A DNA stretch of 63,202 bases, the filler included, from Choristocarpus tenellus KU-1152 (Eukaryota; Protista; Phaeophyceae): NCBI GenBank assembly GCA_964200185.2. It is 13 parts of 13 records of this genome, joined end to end, with 100 filler letters (N's around TTAATTAATTAA, not from the genome) between each part and the next. Parts side by side here need not be neighbours in the genome. Positions count along the whole stretch, not along the records: positions 1 to 5,145 come from CAXNAD020011724.1; positions 5,246 to 10,526 come from CAXNAD020011276.1; positions 10,627 to 13,852 come from CAXNAD020021419.1; 10 more parts are not named here. One strand, written 5' to 3'. A program made the translations under genes and the position numbers. The first letter of the stretch is position 1; the number at the start of each line of letters is the position of its first letter. The notes beneath the pieces are model-generated. The model saw nothing but the letters and a program-made list of their open reading frames with translations. It had not been told where the DNA came from and did not search any database. Shown here one piece after another: positions 1 through 13,010 of the stretch.

Positions 1-475
1 GTCTGTCCGATACGCCGATCTGCACTTATCTATTTTCTCGTGCAAGTTGTTGGACTTGTAATACATCGCGAGAGAAGAACAGGGAGAGGAAGAATAATGC
101 CACAATATCCTAGGGCTAAAATATAGAAAAAAAAAATCTTGCATCACATAAAGTATAAGAAAACATCAGGTTTTTAATTTTGCTGCTCATTCGTTGTACC
201 CTTCCTCCCCCTGCCACCGCAAGAAGTTCTGCACGTCACCCGAAGCAATAATGGGCGCCGACTCTCGTAAGCATGTTACCAGGAATTATTGAGACACATG
301 AACAACCTGCTTGAACTAAGTACTGGACGAACGAGACATCATCAACAAAAAACACTCCTGTATCCTCTGTTTGCCGTTAGTCAATCATTACTTTGTCAAC
401 GTGTGCGCCCACCCGCCTCTCACCCCCCCCCCCCCTCCCTCCTTACCGCCCGCCGTCCTGATTATCTTCGTACTC

Positions 476-1222
476 CTATTCATCAGCCCCTTCATCCTTC
501 TCTGTATCATACCCTAACCCATCTTCTTCTTCCTCCTCGTCCTCCTCTGCGTTGCTGACATACTCCGGGTCGTCTTCCATGGCAGAATCACTACCTCCAC
601 TCCATACGTTGCGACCTTCCCCCTTTCCACCCGTGCCGGAAGAGGGATACTTGCGCTTTCTAGTGGTCATTGGCGTCAATTCTGAGTCCGAATCCACCAC
701 TTCGAACCCTTGAGAACGCACTACCCTACCACCCAGGAGTGCGTTGAATGGTGATCTGGTGTAATCTTTTGCCCGGGGTTTGCACACCCTCCCGACCACG
801 GGCGTGACGAACATCTGTCCGGGGCCAACCTGGGAGAAGGGGAGGAGGACCTGTTGACAGCTTCCGCTCTGCGGCACTTTTGACGTGAATTCGATGTTGG
901 CGTCGTCTGCCTTCTCGGTCCAACGCATGTAGTACAGAGGGCAAGTGGCTGCCACGCGCAAGTAGAGCTCTGCGCCCGGCCCACACACCTCCATTCCAGG
1001 CGAAAGCATGCGCTTGAGTTGTCTGTTGTTGACCACATGAAGTAGACGAATGTACTGTTCTTCTTGATCTTCAGGGGAGATCAAACTGAAGGCCTCTGAT
1101 CGAGAGTTGCGCACTTCGAGATCACCCCACGCAGGGAGGTCATTTCCGCCGACTTTGTAGTCTTTCCCTTCAAGCGGGAACAATGCCATTTCCGCGGGAT
1201 TCGAGGACGAGCTTGTATGCGG
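476..1222 (-). other. SET-domain-like terminal exon followed by basic patch (RKRK) and acidic tail
   Basis: YQIE|PHTSSSSNPAEMALFP...YKVGGNDLPAWGDL resembles SET N-terminal xxSxxxGxGLFA...GxxIxxYxGE. TCPLYYMRWTEKADDANIEF resembles ARYINHSxxxNxxF. Canonical NH and ELxxDY are absent. Exon is open in copy 1. Confidence 0.45.
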
Positions 1223-4200
1223 CTGAATATTGCAGAAGACAAAGACATCGGTGGGGTTGGGTGGGGTCGAGGGGTGTTGAAGGTGGGGGGGTAGAGTACG
1301 GCGATTCATGAATGTTCGTGATTTGGAGGTAATCGTCCGAAGAAGGTGGTGCAAGAACGGCAACCTTATTGTGGCAAAACGTCGAACACACTACCGATGC
1401 AATACTTACCTTTAAGGCCCACATTTTTTGTACACGACGTATTTGGGTGCCGCATTAGGTAGGTTAGGACTAACGAATAAAAATAAATAGTCTTTTCTGC
1501 GTGCTGGTAACTAAACTCTGCCGTTCGATCTTAACAAAATACGTAAGTTAGCGCATTCTATAACACATTCACCTTCACCTCAATCTGGTAGCCGAAGTCC
1601 GTCGCCACCGTCTTCGCAACGAAAATGGTCGCCTCATCGCGTCCCATTGCCTTTCCCTGAGGATGGATGGCCTCAGCAAAACATCGCTGCGTCTCCGTTG
1701 GGACGAGGGTCTGCCCCAAGGCTTCCGGCAGGCTCGAACGGCCTATCACGCGTTCTTGAGCGAGAGACGTGGATACCTGCAGCATCATTTACATATATGT
1801 GATAGCCCAACAATGTGGCAGTGAAGTGGGTTAGCCATGCGATAAGGTTTTGTCACATATGTATGGGTTATTCCGGCGTTGATTAATGATGTTGTAGTGT
1901 ACTGCAGCACGTTTTGTTTTGTTTTTTGTGCGGGGATGGAGGACATTACGACGTACCGACGATCACAGCAAAGTCTCGGGGACTCGCGATTTCCAGCGGT
2001 GGTGTGGGTAACTACATGCACTCTGTTGGCAACGTGTAAACATCTACAAGGAAGCATCACCAGTACAATTGCACGCCCGAGACCTATCCATAGGGAATGT
2101 AGGCAAACAACAAGTTGGAAAGCAATGGAAAAAAAAAGCCAGCACATCCTTCTTACCCTCCGCTTGCCGCCCTTGTAGGCTTGGCCGAAGGACGTGTCCA
2201 TCTTCTCTTTCACCTCGTCCTTTGACGCCGCCTTGGACACGAACACCTCCACCCTCCTGCTCCGTTCAAGGGCCGCCTCCACCACATTGTGCCTCTCTGC
2301 GCTGTAGGAGACGACGGTGTCCCACCCAGCTCGTTCTGTTACTGTTTAACGATGTCCTACACCTTCTACAAAAAAAAAATCGCTGCTTCTGCGAAGAAGG
2401 ATGTGTGTGACGTTATTAACGAACTTGTTAACAAGGAAGTGGAGGGCTCTCATGGGGATGTCCGAGGCAGCACCTTCGTATTCGACGTCCATCGTGGTTT
2501 GGAAAACCGGAGGAGGTGCATCATGCCCGTGACCAAAGATGTCGTCGACGGCGACTCACTTATTGCATGTGAACATTGTCCCATCGTTGTGCGCGAAAAG
2601 AATCATGTCCTGACAACATCTGAGATGGTTATCTGTGCCTAATTGAGGGCGCCCCCCCCTCCTCGTCTTGTATATTAGGGTTAGGGGATGATCCTCCACA
2701 ATCAAGCCCACCTTCAACACGCAGTGAGAGCCTCTGAATGAAGAGAAGGTGGGAGCGAGCGCGTGGGTCCGGCATGCGTCAAACTTGACAGTGACATCAC
2801 ACAAGTAGTTATCATAGGGATTCATGAAATTTCATACCACTAACATTATAATAGTAAAATGAGTGTGGAACGCAAGGCAAATAACCAATGCAAAAATTGC
2901 AAACAATAGGAGATTAAGTAATAATAGAAGTAAATATGTTAAAAAAATGTAGTTAAGACGAGTAACGCCAGCATGCGATTCGCGGACAATGAAACAAAGA
3001 AGTATGTGGGAAAGAGCAAGCGACACAAAAGGAAGTAGAAGGTACGAAGGACATGAAATAACATGGGGAAAGTGAAAAATATAGGAGTACACACGACCTA
3101 ATCCGCATCTCCTGAACGGTCGCACAAAATTCGATCGGCACACGGACGGAATGATAACGGCCATGGTGGATTGCAATAGTCTCCCGCAATACACCCCGTA
3201 TTTCAGCGCTGGCAAACTCTGCAACTCACCGTGTAGGCGGTGTGCTTGCGCGGCCCATGAGTGGGGCATAAATAGCGCGATGGTGCCCTGAGGATGCATC
3301 TTAGACCGCAAGCACTGAAGCATCTCGTGCAGGTGTGTGTTGGTCGCCTCTTCGTCGATGAGGAGTCTTGGCTCGGCGGCAATGGACACTATGGCGAGCT
3401 TTGGCGCGTTGCGGAAGGTGAAATCACCAAGTTTGTCTAAGGATACCGTGGGGTCAAGAGGGCGAAGGTCGTGTAGTGCAGTGTTCTCACTCCTGCTTGG
3501 ACATCACGACACACGACACAGTAGACAGACAGCACGACAAGAAGGACGGCATTGTAAGCTACCATGCAGGCAATCTTTTCATTAAATGAGTTCCTGACGA
3601 TATTTCCACGGCATCTCCAAAAAGTCAGGCCGTACCCTCCACAACGCCAGACTCATCAGATACATCTCGTGGAAGGAGGGTAGACGTCAAAACACTAAGT
3701 TCCATGGCCCATGGAACCCTCCAAAAAAGCGACACATCCAATGTACAAATGATGAGCAATCCACATGATGTACAAGCAGCCAAGGCCTATGTGCAAACCA
3801 ACGCGAAAACAAACACACAGAGACGACTTGTGTGTCTGTATAATGTGCAAACACGCCGAGACCCACATGTACTTCTCCATGTCGGCCGTTTCGCTGCGTG
3901 AGGGGGGACGTAAAAGGCTTTGCTTCGTGGGTGACCCGCCCGCACTCCTTGCGCGAGCCTTACCCTTGCCCTTGCCCCTGCCCTTGATACATAATCGATC
4001 CTTGTGCCTCTCGTCGCCTACAATCTCCACGTAGGCACATTCGCCCATATGCGTGATAGAGCACTGCGGGCATGTATACTTGTCACACGTGTCATCGGAC
4101 GAGAGCGTTAAACAGACAGGATAGTATTTTTCGAAATCATTAATTGGGCACAACAACGCAACGCAGGGGTCCACGGTTATGAAGGACCATGAAATTGGTG

Positions 4201-5075
4201 GCGCAAAACAGCACGAAGAAGTACTGGTGAGATACAACAGTCGGTGATGTACATGCATTAACACACAATCGGACAGTGGCAAGTAAAGAGACGTGGGGGT
4301 AGCGACCACAGCGCTGCACACAGAGGGACCCCGCAACATTCCACCGGTTCAATGGCGTGCGCCACTGAAAAGATACAACGTATCTATCCATTCTGGGGAT
4401 TGGATGGAAACCAATCTTACGCTATTAATTACACTCCGCCCTACACGTGTATCGTTACAACTACATTACTCACCGAGACGTAGGTGGAGGATTGCATTCA
4501 GTATAGCTAAAGCCTGCGTTTCACCCTCCCTCTTCGTTTTGTTCTTCTTCCGCACCAGGAACACTGCCGACAGAACCCCCTTCGCCCGTATCCTCCCTGT
4601 CTGGCAGTCCGTTCCCTCCCTCGTCTTTGTCCCCTCCTTTGTGTTCGTCCCCTCCCTCGTCTTCTTTCTCACAGTCATCTGATGCCAATCCGTTCTTGCT
4701 CTCAACTTCTGCGCCGCCGCCATCACAGCCCCGCCCGCGGTGAACCTGGTGGAGATTGATCTGGTTGAGTATATCCTGGTATTTACTATCCCAGGTGGTG
4801 AGGTAAGCGCGTAGAGCCGAGTCCTTCTCAATAATCTAGTAGTGGAGACGGCGGAGGACGTCGTTGAGGAGAGGAGGGGACGATGGTGACGTCAAAAATG
4901 GGAGAGTGTAATGGAAGTACAATAGCATGTCAGTCGGGCAGAGCAAACGATATGGTTGACGTGGTGAACGTGTTTAATGGAGGCGGCTTGGGGGGCGAAA
5001 CAGTTTGAAACAAGTCAATGTCGAGGACGCCAATCAGTATGTAGTTTTTTTCAGTGACGCGTATTGGAAGCAGAA
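898..5075 (-). repeat. Long dispersed repeat: reverse complement of 15392-19862
   Basis: Colinear reverse-complement homology across exons and introns, e.g. 5000-5075 matches 15392-15470 and 898-1222 matches 19538-19862. Roughly 80-90% identity by eye, with indels. Confidence 0.97.
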
Positions 5076-5145
5076 GAGCCAAAGTATCTTAGAGGGTAGA
5101 ACCTCTAAGATTGGGGGCCAAAAGACAATGTTGTGATTTTGATGT
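5076..5145 (+). mobile_element. MITE family A left end inserted in long-repeat copy 1
   Basis: GAGCCAAAGTATCTTAGAGGGTA begins exactly where homology to contig 4 (15392) stops. Confidence 0.85.
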
Positions 5146-5245
5146 NNNNNNNNNNNNNNNNNNNNNNNNNNNNNNNNNNNNNNNNNNNNTTAATTAATTA
5201 ANNNNNNNNNNNNNNNNNNNNNNNNNNNNNNNNNNNNNNNNNNNN
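5146..5245. other. Artificial contig-joining spacer (N44-TTAATTAATTAA-N44); 12 in the window
   Basis: Identical 100-bp spacer with a six-frame stop linker at 5146-5245, 10527-10626, 13853-13952, 19863-19962, 22705-22804, 34851-34950, 38237-38336, 40960-41059, 45490-45589, 51066-51165, 56982-57081, 59753-59852. A separate 10-N scaffold gap lies at 6907-6916. Confidence 0.99.
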
Positions 5246-5644
5246 GGGGGGTGGGGGGGTTAGGTGGCGGGGGACGGGGGATGGAAAACAGGGGATAGGG
5301 GAAGGGTCGGTGGGGTCCGGAACTGCTATGATAGCTCTCGGCTCACATGACTACAGTTGGCGGTTGAATTGTTAAAAAAATTATAAAGTTAGAGTTAGGG
5401 TTAGGGTTAAGGCTCGGACATTATAATGGAGTGCGGAATATATATATATATACATATATACATACTATGGAGTGTATGTACAGGAGTCACATGAACAAGA
5501 GTTTCAAACTTGACTCAGGGAGGAAGATCAGGTCCCTAAAGTGACACCGTTGGGTAGAGATGACTCATGTAAATGTCATTCCTAGTCCGGTACATCCCAC
5601 GTAACATCGGGTAGGAGACATCGATGACTTACTGCACATTATCA

Positions 5645-5978
5645 TAACACTACCACAACACTACCACAACACTACCATAACGTTGCACTCAGATGCACAT
5701 AGATGCACATAGATGCACATAGATGCACATAGATGCACCGTAACTAGTATTTCAACTATTTTTCCAACTGTATAATTGAACTTCAATTTGACGTGGACTG
5801 ATCGATTCTTAGTGGCTGGAGGTGTGTGTATGTGTGGGGGGGTGGGAGTAACAAACCCACAGCGAGCTAAAAGTTGGACCTAGGGAGAGGGGGCATTGCA
5901 TAGTCAAGTGCTAATAGCGCATTAGTCAAGTGCTAATAGCACATTAGTCAAGTGCTAACAGTGCATTAGTCAAGTGCT
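5645..5978. repeat. Cluster of short tandem repeats (11-, 10- and 22-bp units)
   Basis: ACACTACCACA x3, AGATGCACAT x5 (5691-5738), TAGTCAAGTGCTAATAGCGCAT x4 (5901-5978). Confidence 0.9.
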
Positions 5979-6872
5979 TTGTGCAGTACACAATAGGGGA
6001 CTTTGGGGACTGGAAGAGGAAACAGTTATGAGGACAATGCGTAGTTAGGAAAGTAACATAGATTGTTGGGAGGAGGGTAACCGATTTGCAGAAGTCAAAA
6101 CTGCATCACCCACCGCAAACATTGACAGGACGTAGTGACTAGTGTATCACTCAAAAGTACTCAAAGGTACTCAAAGTTGCTCGTCTCATAGGCTGTTCGA
6201 TAGCAGGGCCAAGCAAAGAATATACTCTTAAAGCTGTACTCTAGGAACAATCGAATTCAACAGTGGCCTCTAAGCTATAACACCTCTAAGCTATTACCCA
6301 AATCCACCTGAAATGTTCCAGATCCTAGACTTACCCCAAGCCCCATCCTCAACTCTACCCCTACACCACCAAACAGTAACCATGAACACTATACTACCCC
6401 TGACCACATCCCCAGCCATAAACCCAACTACAACAAAAACCTTTATTTATCATATCTCCAACACTAACCACATCTTCATCCCTAACCCTACCCTTAACCC
6501 TAACCACAACAAAACACTACAATTGACCATAACTGATACCTTCTTGATTATATCTCCAACCATAACCCTACCACTAAAAGAAAACCTAAACCATACCCTC
6601 AGCAATATCCCTCACCACAATAATAACCTAAATTAGCCATAACCCCCACTATATTGCCAACTCCACACTCGGAAACCTCAAACTCCAACCCTAGCCCCTG
6701 ACAGCTTATCCTACCACCTCCAATTCCCCCTGCAGAGTATCAAAACAACAAACCCCACTACTTTTTAAAAAATATCACAAGCCTCTTAAAAAAAAAAAAA
6801 AAAAAAAAAACATGGTTACTACTTCGAACAAATCACTCTAAACTAACACCAACACCAAAAAACACAAAAATA

Positions 6873-6906
<34 letters not shown>

Positions 6907-6978
6907 NNNNNNNNNNAAACAACCTAACCCAACCCCCCCAAAACCCCCCCAAAAAGAAAAAAAAAAAAAAAACCCAAA

Positions 6979-7030
<52 letters not shown>

Positions 7031-8599
7031 ATGGTTACTACTTCGAACAAATCACTCGAGACTAACGCCAGGATCAAGTCACACAATTATTATTACGTAC
7101 CTTTTCTTATTCAACCTCACTATGCCCAAGATAACTAACAATAAGAACAAAATAGGAAGAAAACAAAAATTAAAAAAGAGCACCATGATACAAGAACAGA
7201 GAGTATAACCACAGAGCCAAAAAATCCTCCAATGAAACTACTCTATTCGTGACATCTCAATCGACCAAACACGTTCACACCTCACGATCCTCCCCTACCC
7301 CCACTATAAACCACACCGTTTGTGTTGTTCTCATTGCTCAACACTTCAATCAAACACAAAAAGAAACTACATAAAACACACACAACACACACAACACACA
7401 CACACAACACATGCATAACACACGCATAACATACACGTAACACACACACAGTGGTGTTCGTAGAGAGAATAAGAGGTTGGAACAGGGGAAAGGCATTCAT
7501 CGCAATGAAGGGTAGCATGAGACCTGACACCAGTAGGGCCACGATGCACCCTTAGATCATAACCTTCTTCCTCATGTCTCGCATACATGTCCTGCTCCAT
7601 CAAACGCTCCTGATCAACAAATTGAAGGAGGGATGAGAAGGGGGGCCAGTGGCGGGGGGGGACTAGAACCTAAACTAAACCAAAATTAAACATAAAAACA
7701 AAACCAAACAATTTTAACAGGTTTTAGAATGGGCTGAGACTGAGACATCCTACCTTGTGTGGATTGGTGTAGGTGAGCCTTCCCCGTACCCTAATTCTAA
7801 CCCTAACCCTAACCTCACACACACAAGACAGTTACATAAAAAAACATACATTGACATATACCACTCTCCTACCAAAAATCAGATGCAATAGTTGAGCGAC
7901 CGCCTTCCACGTTAAAAAAACGCCGAGGACGCCACCAACCCTAACCCTAACCCTAACCCTAACCCCATAACCATAATCCGCGGTCCATTACCCCTAAAGT
8001 CATTCCCTGTATCCTAGCAGCCTAGCACCGCCTCAACATCTTCACGCTTTCCCCTTTCAAGAACACTCCCGAACCCTTCTCTCACTCTCATCTCTATCCT
8101 TCTGTCTCAGGGAGACAGACACCCCCGCCGCAGCCGCGGGACGACAAGCGAACAAGGCGTAAAATTCCATCCCGTAATATCTTATTTATTTTATCATTTT
8201 ATTCTCATAACAATCGCGTACCCCCTACCTGCTGTTCCACAGGGGAGGAAGACGGGTCCCGTGACTTGCCTCTGTCCTCTCTCGTTAGTTAACAAAAGTA
8301 CCTAGCGGTAATCCCAAAATCTCTCTACAAACCCCCAAAAATCGGAATCGAATAGATTCGTCGCTTTTCAGTGAGCCCGTCAAAAATTAAATAAAAAATT
8401 ATAACATTATTTATTTATTTTTCTTTCTTTCTTTGTGGCCCGTTCGCAGTGATAAAACAAAGCCTTTTTTTCTTTCTTTCTTTTTTTTTGTATACACACC
8501 ACACAACTTCAAAACAGTAGTAGTAGTAGTAGTTAGTTGATTTCTACTTGGTGAATACACTGTTCGGTTCTATCAGACCAAAAAAAAAAAAAATCTTCA

Positions 8600-8962
8600 A
8601 AAAAAAAATTGAAGTTTGGATGTGAGATACAATTTTTTTTTGATAAATCGGATTGGAATTTTTCTTTTTTTGGTGAGATGTGGAGTTGAGATACAAAATT
8701 CTTGAGAAATCGGAATGGATTTTTTTTTTTTTGACAAAATGTGGGGGAGATAAAAGGTCATTAAGAAATCGCAATGGACATTTTTTTTGGTTAGATGTGG
8801 AGGTGAGATACTGGATTTTAAGAAATCGGAACCACTCTTTTTATTATAGTTGAGATGGGGAAGTGAGATAAGAACTTTTTGATAAACTGGAATGGAACTT
8901 AATTTTTTTTTGTGGTTAAATGTGGAAATGAGGTACAAAAATTTTGATAAATCGGAATGGGA
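8600..8962. repeat. ~60-bp minisatellite, about 6 degenerate units
   Basis: Unit ~TTTTTTGGTGAGATGTGGAGTTGAGATACAAAATTCTTGAGAAATCGGAATGGA. Confidence 0.9.
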
Positions 8963-9802
8963 AGTACACTATACAAAACTCGACATTCTTACCTTGTGGC
9001 CAATGCCTACAACCCACAAGTCATCAACACATTCTCTGCAATGAGAACATTTATATACAATAAATCACTTCAAAAAAACAAAACAAAAAAAAACAAGACT
9101 TCCAAACCTCCTCCTCGAACAAGTTGAAGTGCATTGTGGATATTGTGGTGATCAAGGATTCTGCAATGCATGCACTCTGATTATTATTATTTTTTTTTTA
9201 ACGAAATGACAAATATGCTTCCAACACTATTTCTATTCTAGAATTTATATGTCTCTTTATCCAAGTCCTCCATCAAATACCATGATACATGCCCTCAATC
9301 TATACACCTATCAACCATACGCAATGATTCTTATCTCACCAAGAAGGACATTGTAGATTTTTGTTTTTCTTACGAGATATTAAGTGATATATAAGTGAGA
9401 TGTAAGTGAGATGTAAGTGAGATCAGATACGATTCATCAATCACAGGCATCCACTCTCATCAAAAAGTAAAAATAATCCAAATTCGCGTTTGTTTTTTTT
9501 CCCCTCCCCTCTTGTGATTTCTCACAATTCCTGTCTCATCTCCAAATCACAAAAAAAAAATGAAGCTCCGTTCGGAGAGTCACTTCACTAGCAAACAATG
9601 TATATAAAATACATATATAGAAAATATAAAACATATATATATTTCTGATTTTGTATGAAATTATATGTCGATATCAGTCAATTGATCAAGGACTAGAAAA
9701 CAACTACAACATTATACTCGTTATGAAAATAAAAAGAACAATGTATGGGGATACCTACAGTAGAGATCATTACTAACTGCGAGAGAAATAATCGAAAAAA
9801 AG

Positions 9803-9890
9803 AAATTATATTTGTAATGAGCTTTAAGAAGAAATTATATTTGTAATGAACTTTAAAAACAAATTATATTTGTTATGAACTTTAAAAACT
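9803..9890. repeat. 29-bp tandem repeat x3
   Basis: AAATTATATTTGTAATGAACTTTAAAAAC-like units. Confidence 0.85.
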
Positions 9891-10829
9891 AATGTATATA
9901 TAATTGTATATATATATATCCTTCATTCAATTCCACTCAGCAGTTACACCACAAAAAGAAAGGAGGAAGCGATCAAGTCTAGAAAAACTCTGGACTCTTT
10001 TAGCACCAGCAACCAATTCCTCAGTCTCCCGCTTCATGAAAGTATCAACTACCCCACCTTTAAAGAGGCATCTTGCAATGTCCAAAAAAGGTATACCATC
10101 TGACGGTCGCGTGCGTTTCTGCCTCACCCAGGCTGAACCAACTATAACTTAGGAAAATAATAATAATAATAAATATATTGTTGTCACTCCATTCCACTTC
10201 AACATGTTCTTATTTGTCAAATAAAATGGTGATATCCTTGCGTCGTACGTGCTGATACAAAAAAAATAACATAGTTTCCATGCATGTTTATCTTTGGTTT
10301 GGTACAATACAAAATTGTAACGCGAAAAAATGGTATCATGAGTAACGGTATCAGGAGTAACGGTATCATGAGCCCATGTTCATTCATATGTCAGTGATAC
10401 TGGACACCTCGTGGGCAATTGAATTATTCATTGATAATTCAGTGCATGTTCTACATGTAACTCAACCAGTGCCTCTGGGCGACGAGCCTTTTCATGCACT
10501 GAGATGGGTCAAAGTATCTGGGGGGGNNNNNNNNNNNNNNNNNNNNNNNNNNNNNNNNNNNNNNNNNNNNTTAATTAATTAANNNNNNNNNNNNNNNNNN
10601 NNNNNNNNNNNNNNNNNNNNNNNNNNCCCTCACAAACCACCCCTCCCCCCCAGATACTTTGACCCAGCTGGGTCATTCCAATATTGTAGTACAACACTTT
10701 CATGACTTGGTGTACATGCAAAAGGAATACATTGAGTTGAACACATGTTCAACAAAGCTATAGCCTAGTCATCAAGTGTCTATAGATACGATCGTAAGAA
10801 GCTAAATCCTATTGATTTTGACGAAGTAC

Positions 10830-11532
10830 CTTGGGATGGCCGATGGGAAGAGTTTGCAAAGGGAAGGAAACAGTACCCTCTCCAAAGCCTTGTTGAACCA
10901 GGTTTGCGTTTCCGGAAGGTCCGCTACGTGCACCTCTTGGTTCGTCTGTAACAGTTACCATAAACAGAAAGTACCCATATCCGCAGGCATCAGCTCTGAC
11001 TTTGTTAGGCAGGTTGGCATTGTCTACATCAGGTCCAAAAAATACTTGCCTCTCCAGGTAGGATGCTCGACACATTCTGTCGCGAGGATGCAAGATACAA
11101 TTGCAGTCGATCCCCAGCTACTAATACCAGGTCGTATACCTACTATCTCATTTTCACCTTGTAGGTAAAAGTGCTGGTCAGGCCCCTTGTCCAAGCGTTC
11201 TCTGCTTCCTCCATGATGCGGTTGCACTCACTTGCAGTGAAAAACGGGCTTGCGCTGGAGAACACCAGATTTGTCGAATTGAAGGGTTCATTGCTGGGGC
11301 TCAGGAGGTTGGAATCGACAGGGTAAGTAACGAAATCCGGGGATCTTCGGGTAAAGCTACCCGACAAGAAGGCCCCACTTGTCTTAGAGTGAAACAGTCC
11401 ATTGTGTTCCAACTCGTTCAGACGGAGGCCATCAGACAAAGCTTGACCTATTTCAGTTGGTACCATGCGTGTAAAGGAATAAGTAGGGCATAGCGCATGC
11501 GCAAGTAGAAAAGCAGAAGACACACTTCGCAT
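10830..11532 (-). CDS. 2OG-Fe(II) oxygenase / prolyl-4-hydroxylase-like protein, first two exons (11532-11158, 10945-10830)
   Basis: PFFTASECNRIMEEAE...STFTYK|TNQEVHVADLPETQTWFNKALERVLFPSLCKLFP is typical of the N-terminal part of algal P4Hc-type oxygenases. Phase-0 GT-AG intron. N-terminus MRSVSSAFLLAHALCPTYSF looks like signal peptide + F. The catalytic HxD lies beyond the contig. Confidence 0.7.
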
Positions 11533-11949
11533 CTTACGAAAATAGCACGATCACAATAGTGCATGGAGAAGTGGACCTATAACGCTCTATGGGACCCACA
11601 GCATTCAAGATCATGAAGTATTGAGACAAAGAGGCCTTCGCAGGTATCGAACCCCCTAACTAAGTTCCAACATCAATTACCAATGAACACCATAATATCA
11701 TACGTAAGGTTTGACACAACATGTGAATACCAGGTATATAGACGTCACTATCGCCGATAGAGCAGTTAAAATGACAAGTGGGATCATTTCTCACACTCAC
11801 CGAAACACTTGGATGTCCATTAAAGTCTGCTATGTCAGTTGGTATTGGTTACTCTATCTTCTCTCGAGTCTCAAGTTCCCACAAAGATAAAGTACCCTCC
11901 TCAGCATGCTTCACATGGTACAATGACATGTTTTTAAGGTGCATATAAA

Positions 11950-13010
11950 ATTTACCTTCGAGTATCGGGTTCACCTTTGCAAAACCTTTCTGATCCCTAA
12001 CATGGCCCGTACTGGACTTTAAGCTCCTCAAGAAGGATGAGAGGGAAAAAACTCATGCGACTCTGAAGGAGGCACGAGTACCTGTAAGAGCACACAAGGA
12101 AGATGATATTTTACCTGTCTAGATCGCTGTTGTCAATCTGTCGTCTAGTCTAGACTCCATTCAGCATGAGAGCGCAAATGCCATGCACTTCTTGTAACAT
12201 CTGAAGCGATGAACCTCCGAATAAATCTTGATACGGGTAATCACGAAATGCCTTTCCCCTATGCTTCAAGACAAGCTAAGGTAGAGGAGGAGAAACCCAT
12301 TGTGAAACACACTCGAGTCGAGGGATAGCAGTTGGCGAGGGCCGATGATGGTATTCGTTTCCTTGCACGCCCCGACCAAAGTGAGCTACCTGTCTTCCAC
12401 TCTTCTTCCCTTGTTCTCCCACCCCACCACTGTTAACAATCCCGTCCTCCACTTCCCATCATCGTTGTGTACCGTGTGCGGTAGCAATGATGTTGAAGAG
12501 GTTGTTACCTTCTTGTGGTGGAAGAGAGTTGTGAAAAGTGTGTCATGCCGTTTCAACCACCCTACTATATCGATTGATTTCTTAACTGCTCTTCATTGAT
12601 ATAGGTACAGTGTACCTACCTGTATCTGTTTATACGGGGGCAGAGAGGATCGCCTGAGAGTGGTTTTGTGAAGCGGTCAAATCGGATGAAACATGACTGG
12701 ACTAAGACTGTAGGTCCAAATTTGCTGCAATTTTCAGAGACTAAGTTAAAAGCATAAATGTCCCTATAACTCAGATTGGTCTGGCAGACTCACAAGTAAT
12801 GACCTCCCACTATCTCTTTCTTGGGGAGAGGTTCAGACCCAAGACACAATGCAATCATGTCTACCCCTACTAACGTGACGGGTGGATGTGATCAAGTTGG
12901 ACATGAAAGATTCTCTGGTCACTGATGTTTTACTAGGAATAATGATCCATTTTTCCAAGTCCAGGAAGAGTCGGTCTTCTATCTGACCTGTATCCATCCC
13001 CTTCAAGCGT
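11950..13010 (-). pseudogene. Possible exon fragments of an unidentified gene
   Basis: Splice-bounded segments such as QIDNSDLDR|YSCLLQSRMSFSLSSFLRSLK...NPILE, with an upstream in-frame TAG; no family recognised. Confidence 0.25.

Larger units (their letters stand above)
476..5075 (-). pseudogene. Copy 1 of multi-exon PHD-like + N6/N4-MTase-like + SET-like gene (decayed, 5' part missing)
   Basis: Exons bounded by GT-AG: Zn-finger exon ~4150-3872, 3492-3230 (SENTALHDL...KLAIVSIAAEP...CLRSKMHPQGTIALFMP), 2733-~2425, ~2325-2157 (DTVVSYSAERHNVVEAALERSRRVEVF), 1776-1579, 1222-476 (stop). Lesions: 2-bp frameshift near 2717, CGA>TGA at ~2556, ~200-bp deletion near 2325 that removes an acceptor, and a deletion removing the last Zn-finger Cys (LCIKGRG vs LCINCP in copy 2). 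Confidence 0.75.

Noticed and set aside
5190-5201. Recurring palindrome TTAATTAATTAA
   Set aside because: Always centred in N-runs; an artificial six-frame-stop linker, not biology.
5901-5978. Partly palindromic 22-bp repeats as a CRISPR array
   Set aside because: Head-to-tail with no unique spacers, no cas genes, eukaryotic context.
6313-6636. Low-complexity ORFs here and at 6838-7086, 8544-8938, 22067-22472, 29523-30116
   Set aside because: They arise from compositionally biased or repeat DNA; no protein-like signal.
6763-7075. Duplicated poly-A + CATGGTTACTACTTCGAACAAATCACTC
   Set aside because: Flanks a 10-N scaffold gap with low-quality homopolymer sequence; most likely an overlap artefact.
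7367-10152. Scattered minus-strand exon-like segments in contig 2
   Set aside because: Could not be joined into a consistent frame or assigned to a family.
11636-11662. tRNA T-arm-like GGTTCGATACC on the minus strand
   Set aside because: No D-arm, anticodon arm or acceptor stem could be built.
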